This document shows positions 51,700-61,324 of a stretch of 64,000 bases of DNA, piece by piece; position 1 is the stretch's first letter, and every line of letters begins with the position of its first letter. The notes beneath the pieces are model-generated. The model was not told the origin of the DNA, made no database searches, and was given only the letters and a program-made list of their open reading frames with translations. The stretch covers positions 1 through 64,000 of the forward strand of contig JBBRNJ010000002.1 in assembly GCA_038230375.1 (NCBI GenBank), in the 5' to 3' direction. The DNA comes from Polyangiales bacterium (GTDB lineage: Bacteria; Myxococcota_A; Polyangia; Polyangiales; Polyangiaceae). The translations under genes were made by a program, and so were the position numbers.

Positions 51700-52077
51700 A
51701 TGTGGGAAATCAGCCAAGAGACCGAGGTCGCTGCCGCGCACCAGCTCAGGTTCGCGCCCGGTGAGGGAGAGCGACTGCACGGCCACAACTGGCGAATCAA
51801 GGCCACCGTGCGCGCGTCCGAGCTCGATTCGAGCGGCTTCGTATGTGACTTCGCGGTGCTCGGAAAGGAGCTCCGCGCGATCGTGGAGCCGTACGAGCAC
51901 GTCTTCCTGAACGAGGTCGCGCCGTTCATGGATCTCAACCCGACCGCAGAGAACATCGCCCGCGTCGTGGCGGACAGTCTTGTCGCCCGCATCGAGACCC
52001 CTCGGCTCAAGGTCGCGCGTGTGGAGGTCTGGGAAGAGCGGACCTGCCAGGCGATCTACTACCGGCTGTTCCCCTAG
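51700..52077 (+). CDS. queD: 6-carboxytetrahydropterin synthase
   Basis: AAH.L, LHGHNW, DF, H..LNE, NPTAENIA, V.VWE. Confidence 0.9.
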   Translation: MWEISQETEVAAAHQLRFAPGEGERLHGHNWRIKATVRASELDSSGFVCDFAVLGKELRAIVEPYEHVFLNEVAPFMDLNPTAENIARVVADSLVARIETPRLKVARVEVWEERTCQAIYYRLFP

Positions 52078-52105
52078 AGGCACGCGCCTCGGAGCGTCGC
52101 TACGC

Positions 52106-54679
52106 CTACCTTGCGACCGCGCTCGGCGGGAGCAACGTGAGGATGCCGTCCGGCGCGACCGGGTCGGTCACGGCTCCGCGTCGATCGCTGATGCCGACGC
52201 GCACGAGGCCGTCGGGCAGGAGCAGGGCATAGGGCACGAGCGGCTTCGGGGGTGTCTCGCGGTCGGCGACCACGTAGACCGTGACGGACGATGCGCCGCC
52301 CTTCGGAGCGAAAGGAGCCGATAGCATCGCGTCGCAGCGCTCGGCGATCTCGGAGACGCGCTCCTCGTCACGGCATCGTGCGAGCGCGCGGCGGTCCTCG
52401 TCGTTCGGGGCGTTACCCACGGCGCGCGCCGCGGCACCGCGGACGCTGTCGCTCTCGTCCTCGAGCGCGTGCCGCTCCTTCGCGGGGTCCTCACAGCGGG
52501 CTGCCGCAAGCGCGAGGCCCGAGAGCGCGTTGAGGCGAACGTAGACACGGCCATCCGTGACGAACGCACACAGCTCGTGTGCGGCCACGTCTTTCTTCTT
52601 CTCGCGGGCCGCAATGCGGCCCATCGCCGCGACGGCATTGATGGTGACGTCGGTGTCGTCCTGCGCGGCGAGCGCGTGTAGCAGCGGAACGTCGGCCGAG
52701 CCGCCCGCCGTGCCCAGCGCGAACGCGGCCTGCGCGCGCACGTCGCTCGATGGATCTTGTGCGAGTGCGGCGAGCGACTTCAGCGTTGTCGCCCGCCCAC
52801 GGTGACGAGCGAGCATCGTGGCCGCCACCCGCCTGTCATCCACGCTTGCGCCCTTCGCCAGCGTGTAGAGCAGCGTGGGCACCTCGTCCCTGGGCATGCG
52901 CCCGAGCGTCTCCAGCACCATGTCGCGTTGACCGGCGCTCCGCACGGCGAAGAGGTCCGCCATGGCCGCGGGATCGCCCGGGTACCGCTCGGAGATGCCG
53001 GCGAGCGCGACAAACAGCGCGAACGCGTCGTTCTCCTCGTCCCCGAGGAGACGCTTCTCGATGTCTTGCTTGTCCTGCGGACCACCGACCTTCGCCAGTG
53101 CCAACGCCGCGTGGAGGCGCACCTCCGGCAAGGGATCCGACAGCAGCGTGACGAGCGGTGTGCGCGCCAAAGCCACCCCCCCCGCAGCACCCGGTGTGCC
53201 CGCTGGTGCAGCACCCACGCCGCCCACACCGCCCACGCCGCCCACACCGCCCACACCAATGGAGCCGAGCGCGTCGACGGCCGCGAGCTTCAGCGCTACG
53301 TCCTTCGTGGGCAAGATCCCGAGCAGGATGTCGCGTGCCCGCGGCGCGCCCGTGCGTCCGAGCACCTCCACGAGCAGCAGTCGATCCTCGGCGGACAGGC
53401 GCGCATCCTTCAGGGCGAACGTGATCGGCTCCACCGCGCGACCATCCGGTTTCTCCGGATTCGTCAGGTCGCGCGCGGAGAGCAATGCCTGGTGACGGAC
53501 GGCGGGGCTCTGATCGGAGATGAACTCCAGCACGACTGGCAGGGTCTCTGCGCCGCCGATCTTCGAGAGCACGAACAGCGCGGCGGGCACCGGGATGGAC
53601 CCGCGCTCCAGCGCCGCGCGCACCTTCTTCTCCTCGCCGCGCGCACCAAGAGACGCGAGCACGTACGCGGCGCTCGTGGCCGCGGCTTGCGAGTCGGGTC
53701 GGTCGAGCACACGTGACACGAGCGGTACGCAGCCCTGGCCCAGCGTGACCAGCGCGCGCCTCACGGGCGTGGGCTCGAGCGAAGAGCCCGCGTCCTCACC
53801 CACGCCAAGGAGCGACACGAGGAACGTCGCGGCCTGATCACCACCGATTCTCCCGAGGGCGTCGAGCGCGGCGTGCCGGACCTCTCTCACGCGATCCTGC
53901 GCCTGCTGCGCGATGGGATCGACCGCAGAGGTCGCGCGGAGCCGCGCGAGCGCACGGATGGCCTCGATTCGAACGTCGTTGACGGCGTCGCGGAGCAGGA
54001 GGACCAGGGCCGACACTGCGCGCTGATCATCGAGCGAGCCGAGCGCACGCGCGATGCTGGCGCGGACCTCCGGGACGGAGTCGGAGACCTTGCCCACGAG
54101 CGGCACGACGGCGCGCTTGTCGCCAAGGTGCGCGAGCGCGCGGATCACGTGGATGCGCACAGGCGGGCTCTGGTCGTCGAGCTTGCCCATGAGCGGCGCG
54201 ACGGCCTCGCCGTTCTTCTGGGCGCCGAGCGCCCCCGCGGCGGCGGCGCGGACGTTGGGGTCGCTGTCTTGCAGCGCGCGCGCCAGCTGCGGCACGGCCC
54301 TTGGCGAGGGCATGGCGCGGAGGACGTCGCATGCGGTGAGGCGGACCTTCGCCTCCTTGTCGCCGAGCCACGGAAGCACGGCGTCGGACGCGCCCTCTGC
54401 GCGGAGTATGACCGCGGCCTTCGCCGCTTCGATGCGGACCTCGTCGTCGGTGTCGCCGAGCGCCTCGAGCACGAGCGGCGTGCCGCGCGCCTTTCCGATG
54501 TCCGGGAGCTTTCGTGCGGCCTTGCGCCGTTCTTCGCGATCGGTGGAGTGCATGGCGCGCTCGACGCGGTCGAGCACGTCCGGCCACACGAGGGCGCGCG
54601 CATCCGCGGACATGGTGGCGCTCAGGATCATCGCGGGCAGGAGAGGCCACGCGCGGCAGATCTTGGAGCGCTTCTTCAC
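52106..54679 (-). CDS. Secreted HEAT/PBS-lyase repeat protein
   Basis: Signal peptide; many L.D....VR..AA.ALG repeats; small C-terminal beta domain. Confidence 0.88.
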   Translation of the reverse strand: MKKRSKICRAWPLLPAMILSATMSADARALVWPDVLDRVERAMHSTDREERRKAARKLPDIGKARGTPLVLEALGDTDDEVRIEAAKAAVILRAEGASDAVLPWLGDKEAKVRLTACDVLRAMPSPRAVPQLARALQDSDPNVRAAAAGALGAQKNGEAVAPLMGKLDDQSPPVRIHVIRALAHLGDKRAVVPLVGKVSDSVPEVRASIARALGSLDDQRAVSALVLLLRDAVNDVRIEAIRALARLRATSAVDPIAQQAQDRVREVRHAALDALGRIGGDQAATFLVSLLGVGEDAGSSLEPTPVRRALVTLGQGCVPLVSRVLDRPDSQAAATSAAYVLASLGARGEEKKVRAALERGSIPVPAALFVLSKIGGAETLPVVLEFISDQSPAVRHQALLSARDLTNPEKPDGRAVEPITFALKDARLSAEDRLLLVEVLGRTGAPRARDILLGILPTKDVALKLAAVDALGSIGVGGVGGVGGVGGVGAAPAGTPGAAGGVALARTPLVTLLSDPLPEVRLHAALALAKVGGPQDKQDIEKRLLGDEENDAFALFVALAGISERYPGDPAAMADLFAVRSAGQRDMVLETLGRMPRDEVPTLLYTLAKGASVDDRRVAATMLARHRGRATTLKSLAALAQDPSSDVRAQAAFALGTAGGSADVPLLHALAAQDDTDVTINAVAAMGRIAAREKKKDVAAHELCAFVTDGRVYVRLNALSGLALAAARCEDPAKERHALEDESDSVRGAAARAVGNAPNDEDRRALARCRDEERVSEIAERCDAMLSAPFAPKGGASSVTVYVVADRETPPKPLVPYALLLPDGLVRVGISDRRGAVTDPVAPDGILTLLPPSAVAR

Positions 54680-54745
54680 GTGGTCAAGAGTATCAAATCG
54701 CCGGGCTCCGCGGGCCTTTGAGTTCGCGCGAGCGCCAGAGACGCG

Positions 54746-56971
54746 TCAGCCGAACCCGCGACGGCGGCGGATGAACCAGTGGGCGCCCAGCGCGGCGGCA
54801 GCAAGCAGGGACCAGCCCCATGCGGGCGCGACGGGGACCACATGCCGCTCCGCGCTGACGACGGTGGGGCTCGGCAATGCGAGCTTGCTCGCGTCCCACG
54901 CGAAGGCAAAGTCGCCGTGGGTCTCCTTTGCTATGTCGCGGAGCCGCTGCACGTCGGGTCGGGGATCCGCCCACTCGTCGCCGCCCGCCTCGCACGCGAA
55001 GTCGAGCGAGGTCGAGGGCCCTGTACCAAAGCCAACCTTGGCCGTGTATCCGCCCTCCGCGAGCGCGGGCAGGTCAATGTCGACGCCGGAGAGCAGGTCG
55101 GCCTTCTGGTCGATCGGGACGACGATGACGGCGGCCTCCTCGTCCAGGCGCTTGAGCGTGAGCTTGGTGCCCTCTGGCTTCATGCCGCTCACTGCCTTGA
55201 GGCGCAGGCGTGTCTTCGTCCCCACCGTACAACCAGCGGGAAGCGAGAGCTGCGCGGGCTCGTACCGTGGGTCGCGCATGAGCCACCCGAGCAGACCATC
55301 CCAGAGCGCCGCGTACCCACGCCCCTGCGTGCGCGAGCCGAGCGGCGAGTATTCCAGCTCCCACGCACCGTCGATCGCGAGCGCAATGGAGCGGCCCGCG
55401 CCCACCTCGCCCACGGCCAGCACGGGCATCTTTGCGCCGCTCGGCGTCAGACGCGTGGGGTGGGTGAGAAGCGCGGTCGCGTGCTCGGCGAGATCGCCCA
55501 CGACGTTGACGCCCTCCACCTGTGGGAACTCGTCATTGGTGGCCTTGCGCAGCGGCGCAAGGATGGGCGCGGTGCGTCCGACGTCGGTCCAGTCGGGTGT
55601 GAACTTCGCGAGGTCCTCCTTCGTGTGTCCCGGAACGCCGTCGAGCTTCACGGGGAGCACGTCAGCGAGGGGCGTGCGCGCGTAGCCGCCGGACACGAAC
55701 GACGCGGGACCGCCGACCATGATGAGCCCTCCGCCGCGCTCCTTCACGTAGTTCGCGAGTCGCGGCAAATGAGGACGGAGTCCGTAGGGCGCCACCTCGA
55801 AGTCTTGCAAGATGACCGCGTCGAACGACGCGAGGTGCTGCTCGAAGAGCTCGTCGACGGGGAAGGGAATGAGCGCGAGCTCCTCGTTCGGGGCGCGCGG
55901 ATCGTCCGTGGGCGTGCGCAAGATGAAGAACGCGACGAGATCGATCGATGCGTCGCTCTTGAGCCACTGACGGAGGGCGCGCACGTCCGCAGTGGGCCGG
56001 CCTGCCACGTGCAGCACGCGGAGCCGCTCGCGCGCGACGTTGAACGTGAAGAAGCGGCGGTTGTTCTCCGGGATCTTGTCGCCTGCGGGCGCAGAGAGCG
56101 CGACCTCGACGATGCGTGGGCCAAAGCTGTCGAGCGTGATCGTGAGGTCCACCACGCCGTGGCCCTGCGAGACGTCCGCCAGCCCCGACGCAAGGAGTGT
56201 GGGCGCGCCGCTCGCGCGAAGCTCACGCGCAGTGACCGTCAGCTTGTCGCACGACAGTCCGCCGGTGCAGAGCACCTCCACGCGCAGCGGCAGTGGCACG
56301 TGCGCGACGGCGCTGCCAGTTGCGCCCACGTGCAAGATGGTTGCGTCGGGCAACGATTCTTCCGCGGTGGCGATGGTGTGGATCGGCACGTTGAGCCCGT
56401 CGATCAGCGGATGCAGCCCCTTCTCGCTCTCGGGCTCCGACAGCCGGCCGTCGGACACGACCACCACGGCTTGCGGTGTCTCGCCTTCGCCCTTGAGCAC
56501 GGGGACAAGCGCGCTCATCAGGTCACTGCGCGGCCGCGCGGCGTCGCCCTCGGAGAGCGGGAACGGTGTGCCCTCGCCAAAGCCGAGCACGGTGATGCGT
56601 GCCTCCTTCGTGGAGGCTTGCAGCGCGGCGATGGCCTGGTCGCGTGCGGCCTTGCGCGTGCCACCGCGTGTGGACTGCAGATCCATGGAGCGCGAAGCGT
56701 CGGCGAGGACGATCACGCGAGGGCCGATCCTGCTTTCGCGCGCTGCGATGCGCACGGGTCGCGTCACCGCGAGCAAGAGCGACGCGACGGCGACGACGCC
56801 CGTGACGAGCACGAGCGCCCGCCCGCTGCGCCGCACGCGCATCTCCACGATGAGCGCGAGCAGGCTGACGGCGCACACCACGCACGCGAGCAGCGCCGCC
56901 CACGTTGGAAAGTCGGAGCTGGGCGCGAAATGCGTCGTCAGCCCTCCTGCGAGGAGCACGAAGCGCGTCAT
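54746..56971 (-). CDS. Membrane protein with vWA-like and GATase1-like (DUF1355-type) domains
   Basis: N-terminal TMs, MIDAS-like DASRSM, VVVSDG, FFILRTP, ELALIPFP..ELF, GGGLIMVGG..F..GGY..TPL..VLPV; C-terminal W..RRR.G. Confidence 0.8.
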   Translation of the reverse strand: MTRFVLLAGGLTTHFAPSSDFPTWAALLACVVCAVSLLALIVEMRVRRSGRALVLVTGVVAVASLLLAVTRPVRIAARESRIGPRVIVLADASRSMDLQSTRGGTRKAARDQAIAALQASTKEARITVLGFGEGTPFPLSEGDAARPRSDLMSALVPVLKGEGETPQAVVVVSDGRLSEPESEKGLHPLIDGLNVPIHTIATAEESLPDATILHVGATGSAVAHVPLPLRVEVLCTGGLSCDKLTVTARELRASGAPTLLASGLADVSQGHGVVDLTITLDSFGPRIVEVALSAPAGDKIPENNRRFFTFNVARERLRVLHVAGRPTADVRALRQWLKSDASIDLVAFFILRTPTDDPRAPNEELALIPFPVDELFEQHLASFDAVILQDFEVAPYGLRPHLPRLANYVKERGGGLIMVGGPASFVSGGYARTPLADVLPVKLDGVPGHTKEDLAKFTPDWTDVGRTAPILAPLRKATNDEFPQVEGVNVVGDLAEHATALLTHPTRLTPSGAKMPVLAVGEVGAGRSIALAIDGAWELEYSPLGSRTQGRGYAALWDGLLGWLMRDPRYEPAQLSLPAGCTVGTKTRLRLKAVSGMKPEGTKLTLKRLDEEAAVIVVPIDQKADLLSGVDIDLPALAEGGYTAKVGFGTGPSTSLDFACEAGGDEWADPRPDVQRLRDIAKETHGDFAFAWDASKLALPSPTVVSAERHVVPVAPAWGWSLLAAAALGAHWFIRRRRGFG

Positions 56972-56973
56972 TG

Positions 56974-57762
56974 TCAGGGCTCGCTCTCTCGAACGCGCGA
57001 CCGGCGACGGATGAGGAACGGCGCGTGGACCTGGTCGTCCTTGTAGTTCGAGCAGAGCAGATACATCGCGATGTTCACGGCAAGGCGTACCGCGTGATCG
57101 CGCTGCGCCTCACCGCCCGGGACCACGGGGAACTCCCAGACGCCAGTGGGCCCTTGGGCCAGCGCCCCGCCAAGGTCGTGGTTGGTGAAGATCACCTGCA
57201 CGTTGCCGCCGCGCACGATGGCGTCGAGCGTCCTCGGGCCCTGCACGCGCCCCTCTGCTCGGTGGAGCAGGTAGAAGCTCTTGAAGATGACGTGCTCCGG
57301 TCCGATCTGGATGATGGCAGAGTCGGGCAGCACGCGGGCGATCTGCGCGCGCGCCGTCTTGCCGAACTCGCTCTTTTCGCCGTCGAAGTTCACGCCGGCG
57401 TCGTCGACCACGAGCAGGCCGCCGAGCGCGAAGAACCGGCGCAGCCCGGAGACCTCCGCCGACGACAGGGGCGTCAGCGCGACGTCGCCGCTCCAGTACA
57501 GGAATGGCCCCGAGACGATCTCGCCGTCGTCGGCGCGCACGGACGTGGGGCGCGAGCGTGCGGGCGCGCTGGTGCGCATGACGAGCTCGTGCGCCCATCG
57601 GAGCGGCGCAGTGGGACGAGCCGCGCCCGTGGTACCGCCCGCGAGCAGGACGCGGGCGTCGAACGCGCCGCGGTCGCCGAACGCGCGCGCGGGGCGGGGG
57701 ACCGCGAGGACGAGGAGCGTCACCACGAGCACTGCGAGCGAGATGGCCGCGATGCGTCGCAT
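56974..57762 (-). CDS. DUF4159 domain protein
   Basis: PFLYWSG, LRRF...GG.L..DD, H.IF.SFYLL, NDLG, VNI.MY.L..NYK.DQVH.PF. Confidence 0.88.
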   Translation of the reverse strand: MRRIAAISLAVLVVTLLVLAVPRPARAFGDRGAFDARVLLAGGTTGAARPTAPLRWAHELVMRTSAPARSRPTSVRADDGEIVSGPFLYWSGDVALTPLSSAEVSGLRRFFALGGLLVVDDAGVNFDGEKSEFGKTARAQIARVLPDSAIIQIGPEHVIFKSFYLLHRAEGRVQGPRTLDAIVRGGNVQVIFTNHDLGGALAQGPTGVWEFPVVPGGEAQRDHAVRLAVNIAMYLLCSNYKDDQVHAPFLIRRRSRVRESEP

Positions 57763-57767
57763 GAGGT

Positions 57768-58400
57768 TCAGTCGAAGTCTTCGACGCGCCAGATGCCGGC
57801 CTCGCGCCGCAGACGCACGTGATGCCCGCCGGGAACGGCGATCTGCGCGGCGTCGCCGGTGGTCTCCACGGGGAGCGTCTCCGGGTGGTCGAGCCCGATC
57901 ACCAGCGAGCGGAGGTCTGCCTCGACCGCGGCGCGCGTTTGCGGGGAAAGTACACGCATCAGACCGATGTAGCTCCGCCGCGCGAGCACGCGCCGCAGCT
58001 GGTCCAGCGCCTGCTCGGGGCTCTTCGCGCCGCCGGGCATGGTGCCCGCGGCCGACACCCAGAAGTGCCCTTCGCGGAGCTCCAGCGCGGTCTCCTCGCC
58101 GTCCTGATAGCGCAGGCGCGCGGTCGCCTCGACCCGGGCGTCCTTGTTCTGGACCGCGCGTGCCTGCTCAGCGAGCTCCTCGCGATCCTCCGCCAGGAGC
58201 TTCTTCAGATCCTCCTTGGAGCGGCTGCGCTGCGCGTTCTCGGTGAGCATGCCGTAGAGCGCGTCCGCGTCCTGGCTCTGCACTGCGCGCGCGTATTCGT
58301 TCGCGGCGGACTTGGGATCGGGGACCTGCGACGCCGCGCATCCGGCCATGAAGGCGCTGGCGCAGGCGATCCCGGCGATTCGCGAAAAGCTGTCCGACAT
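57768..58400 (-). CDS. Lipoprotein with duplicated NTF2-like (DUF4878-like) segments
   Basis: Lipobox MAGC; two L.REG.W.V-like motifs. Confidence 0.65.
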   Translation of the reverse strand: MSDSFSRIAGIACASAFMAGCAASQVPDPKSAANEYARAVQSQDADALYGMLTENAQRSRSKEDLKKLLAEDREELAEQARAVQNKDARVEATARLRYQDGEETALELREGHFWVSAAGTMPGGAKSPEQALDQLRRVLARRSYIGLMRVLSPQTRAAVEADLRSLVIGLDHPETLPVETTGDAAQIAVPGGHHVRLRREAGIWRVEDFD

Positions 58401-58431
58401 GAGCGCTCAGCGTAGCAAGAAATAACGCGCT

Positions 58432-60078
58432 TCAGCGGGGTTTTCCGACGCCAGTCGCGCCCACGGCACGAGAGGAAGGCGGAGATGAGTCCGTGCGGGG
58501 TCCGGCGTCGGCGAGCACGACCTCCAGCAGGAAGACCTCGCGCAGCATCTCTGCCTTCACGCCGAGCGTCCACTCCTCGAGCGTGCGGTCCTCCTCGCCG
58601 TCGAGCGTGAGCACGAGCTTCTTGCCGACCACGGCGCCGCGCAGCCGCTCCACCTTGCCCAGGTGCTCGCGATCGAGCGCGTCGGCCACGCGCAGGATCG
58701 CGGCCAGCATGCGCACCTTCGCGCGCGCGTCCTTCTCGAGCTCGCGGAAGTTCGGATGCGACGGATCGGGCGGGCTCTTGCGGTGGTAGCGCGCCACGTT
58801 CGCGACGATGGAGCGCTCGTCACGCGACAGCCCCATGATGTCGGAGTGGGCAATCAGGTAGAAGCTGTGTTTGTGGTGACCGTCGTAGCGCACGAAGTCC
58901 CCGACGTCGTGCAGCAGTCCAGACGCGCGGAGCAGCAGACGGTCGCGCGCGGTGAGACCGTGGTGTGTGGCGAGCACGTCGAACAGCTCGGCCGCAAAGC
59001 CCGCAACGCGCACGCCGTGCGCCTCGTCGAAGTTGTAACGCCGGCCGAGCCGCAGGCACGCGGTGAGGATGCGGTTCTCTTCGGAGCCGGTGTCCCAGAG
59101 CGCAAAGTGCCTGGCGACGAGCTCCTCGAGCACGCCATCCTTGAGACCAACGCCCGGCGCAACGATGTGCTTCGCGCCGAAGAGCGACGCAGCAAAGGAG
59201 TAGATCACGGCAGCCGGGACGATGGTGTCCGCGCGATCCGGTCGCAAGCCAAACTTCCGCTGGCGCTCCTCTGCGGTCAGGCGAAAGAGCTCCTCGCGAA
59301 GGACGTTCATCTGCGCGACGTCGATCACGCGGAGCGTTGGCGTGGCCACGTTGGGCTTGGCCGGCGCCAGCTCCGCGAGCGAGTCGACGTTGCCACCCGT
59401 ACCGATGACCAGATCCACGGGTGCCTTCGGCAGGTTCTGCCGTACCTCGACGAAGGCGCGCTCCACCGTCTCCACCAGGAGCCGGTGCTGCCGTTTGTCG
59501 ATCTTGTTGGCGCCGCGCAGGAAGGTCTCGAGCATGCGCACCGTGCCCAGCGGTATCGACATGGAGAACGACGCCTCGCCGCGCTCGAGCAGCGTGATCT
59601 CGGTGGAGCCCCCGCCCACGTCGATGAGCACCGCCGACTTCTCCGTGAGCCCCAGCTTCTTCACCACGGCGAGCTGGATCAGGCGCGCCTCTTCGACGCC
59701 CTCGATGATCTCCAGATCGACGCCGGCCTCACGGCGAGCGCGCTCGGCCAGCGTGGCGCCGTTCTGCGCCTCCCGCACGGCGCTCGTCGCGGTCGCGCGG
59801 TAGGCCGACACGCCGGCCGCATCCATCGCCACCTTGAACTCGCGCAGCGCAGCGCACGCCTGCCCGATCGAGCTCGGCGTGAGCTTGCCCGTGAGGAAGA
59901 CTTCAGTGCCGAGCCTCACGGGCGCGCGCTGGCTCATCACCTCGCGCAGCTCGGGCTCGGTCTCGCTCGCGAGCAGCGCTAGCTGTTCGTCACCCTTCGC
60001 CCCCAGAGGCGCGGTTGCGTCCACGATCCGCATCCGGATCGCGTTCGAGCCCACGTCGATGGCAGCGAAGCGAGGCAT
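58432..60078 (-). CDS. ppx: Ppx/GppA phosphatase with an HD domain
   Basis: AAIDVGSNAIR, ATSAVREA, G.EEARL, DVGGGSTE, GTGG, RADTI, LLHDVG, HHKH, ARYHRK. Confidence 0.93.
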   Translation of the reverse strand: MPRFAAIDVGSNAIRMRIVDATAPLGAKGDEQLALLASETEPELREVMSQRAPVRLGTEVFLTGKLTPSSIGQACAALREFKVAMDAAGVSAYRATATSAVREAQNGATLAERARREAGVDLEIIEGVEEARLIQLAVVKKLGLTEKSAVLIDVGGGSTEITLLERGEASFSMSIPLGTVRMLETFLRGANKIDKRQHRLLVETVERAFVEVRQNLPKAPVDLVIGTGGNVDSLAELAPAKPNVATPTLRVIDVAQMNVLREELFRLTAEERQRKFGLRPDRADTIVPAAVIYSFAASLFGAKHIVAPGVGLKDGVLEELVARHFALWDTGSEENRILTACLRLGRRYNFDEAHGVRVAGFAAELFDVLATHHGLTARDRLLLRASGLLHDVGDFVRYDGHHKHSFYLIAHSDIMGLSRDERSIVANVARYHRKSPPDPSHPNFRELEKDARAKVRMLAAILRVADALDREHLGKVERLRGAVVGKKLVLTLDGEEDRTLEEWTLGVKAEMLREVFLLEVVLADAGPRTDSSPPSSRAVGATGVGKPR

Positions 60079-60113
60079 TCTCCGTGATTTGGACTATCTT
60101 GAAAGGCGCCCAC

Positions 60114-60410
60114 TTGGAAAGCAATGACACCCAGAATTCACCGGCCGAGCGCGCATTGTTCTTCGCTGTGCTCACGCTCGTCGTCGGCCTTGCGCTTGTC
60201 GGGACCGTGTCTCAGACGGCCGGTGGCGTGGTGACGCTCGGCTCGTGGCTCTACTTCGTCTACGCGCTCCACCGCTACGGCCGCAGCGGCGGTCCCACAC
60301 GGCCGGCACGAAAGCGAGAGGCTCTTGCTCCCACGGATGTTGCTCCGCGGGATGTTGCTCCGAGGGATGTTGCTCCCAAGGATGTCGCTCCCCAGGATCT
60401 CGATCGCTAG
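60114..60410 (+). CDS. Small two-TM protein with a VAPxD repeat tail
   Basis: Two hydrophobic segments, LHRYGRSG; TTG start inferred. Confidence 0.55.
   Translation: MESNDTQNSPAERALFFAVLTLVVGLALVGTVSQTAGGVVTLGSWLYFVYALHRYGRSGGPTRPARKREALAPTDVAPRDVAPRDVAPKDVAPQDLDR
60324..60398 (+). repeat. 15-bp tandem repeat x5 (GTTGCTCCNNNGGAT)
   Basis: Encodes LAPTD-VAPRD-VAPRD-VAPKD-VAPQD. Confidence 0.9.
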
Positions 60411-61264
60411 ATCTCGCTGCGCAGGACGACCACGCCCGTGTCTGGCGCAAGGCCCGGCGTGCGGATGGCTGCCCAGCCATAGCCGCGCTCGGTGATGACA
60501 ACAGTTCCCGTCTTGGCCCCGTTCTTGGTCGCCTCGACGAGGTGCTGGTCAGCGAGGGCCTTCTCGCTCACATGCGGCATCTTCGGCGCGCCGTACACGC
60601 CAGCAGCGTCGAAGACGGCGACGTAGATGATCGGCTGCTTCGTGGTCTCCTTCGACTCGAGGAGCTTCGCCTTCACCTCTCGCTCCACCGACTCGGTGAG
60701 GTGCCGGGCGAACGCGCGGTACGTCCAGCCAGTGATGAGCAAGCCGGCGGTGGTGCCGTCGTCGCGCTTGATCGCAGTGCCCGCGATCCAGTCCTTATCG
60801 GGGCCCAGAGGCCCTGCGGGGCCCGGGAATGCGCCGGTGGTCGTGACGTAGCTGCCCTTCATCGCGCCGGAGAGCGCAGGAAAGATCTGGACGACGTTCT
60901 GCCCCGCCATCGCGTCCTGTTCGAGGTCGTTGCGGATGGCAACCCCCTTCTCGTCCACCAGCGCGAAGAACGTGCTCTTCGCGACGAGGAGGTCGGGGAC
61001 GTCACGACGGATGCGCTGCAACTCCTTGCGGACGTTCGGCAGATTCGCCCGCGGGTCCTCGTTCTTGGCGAACAGAGGCGCGAGGCGCCTGGCGCCCTCG
61101 GGCAGGCCACGCGATACCTCGCCCACGTCCTTGTCCACCAGCGACAGGAGTGATGCGGCGTGATCCTGCGCGTACTGCGCGCTTGCGAGCGACTGGTCCT
61201 TGCAACCGGTTACGGACAGGAGCAGGGCCCCCGCGACGACGGTGATCTTTCGCAATGAGCGCAT
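60407..61264 (-). CDS. Lipoprotein with a Cache-like region
   Basis: Lipobox VTGC; ALVDEKG.AI and I...DG...G.L..G features. Confidence 0.6.
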   Translation of the reverse strand: MRSLRKITVVAGALLLSVTGCKDQSLASAQYAQDHAASLLSLVDKDVGEVSRGLPEGARRLAPLFAKNEDPRANLPNVRKELQRIRRDVPDLLVAKSTFFALVDEKGVAIRNDLEQDAMAGQNVVQIFPALSGAMKGSYVTTTGAFPGPAGPLGPDKDWIAGTAIKRDDGTTAGLLITGWTYRAFARHLTESVEREVKAKLLESKETTKQPIIYVAVFDAAGVYGAPKMPHVSEKALADQHLVEATKNGAKTGTVVITERGYGWAAIRTPGLAPDTGVVVLRSEI

Positions 61265-61324
61265 ATCGAGGGGAAACATAGCACGTCGAATTCGCCCCCG
61301 GGCGCAGGGGAATTCGGCGAAAGT

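Noticed and set aside
54054..57046. Long plus-strand ORFs (543 and 755 aa)
   Set aside because: Antisense shadows of the vWA/GATase and HEAT genes.
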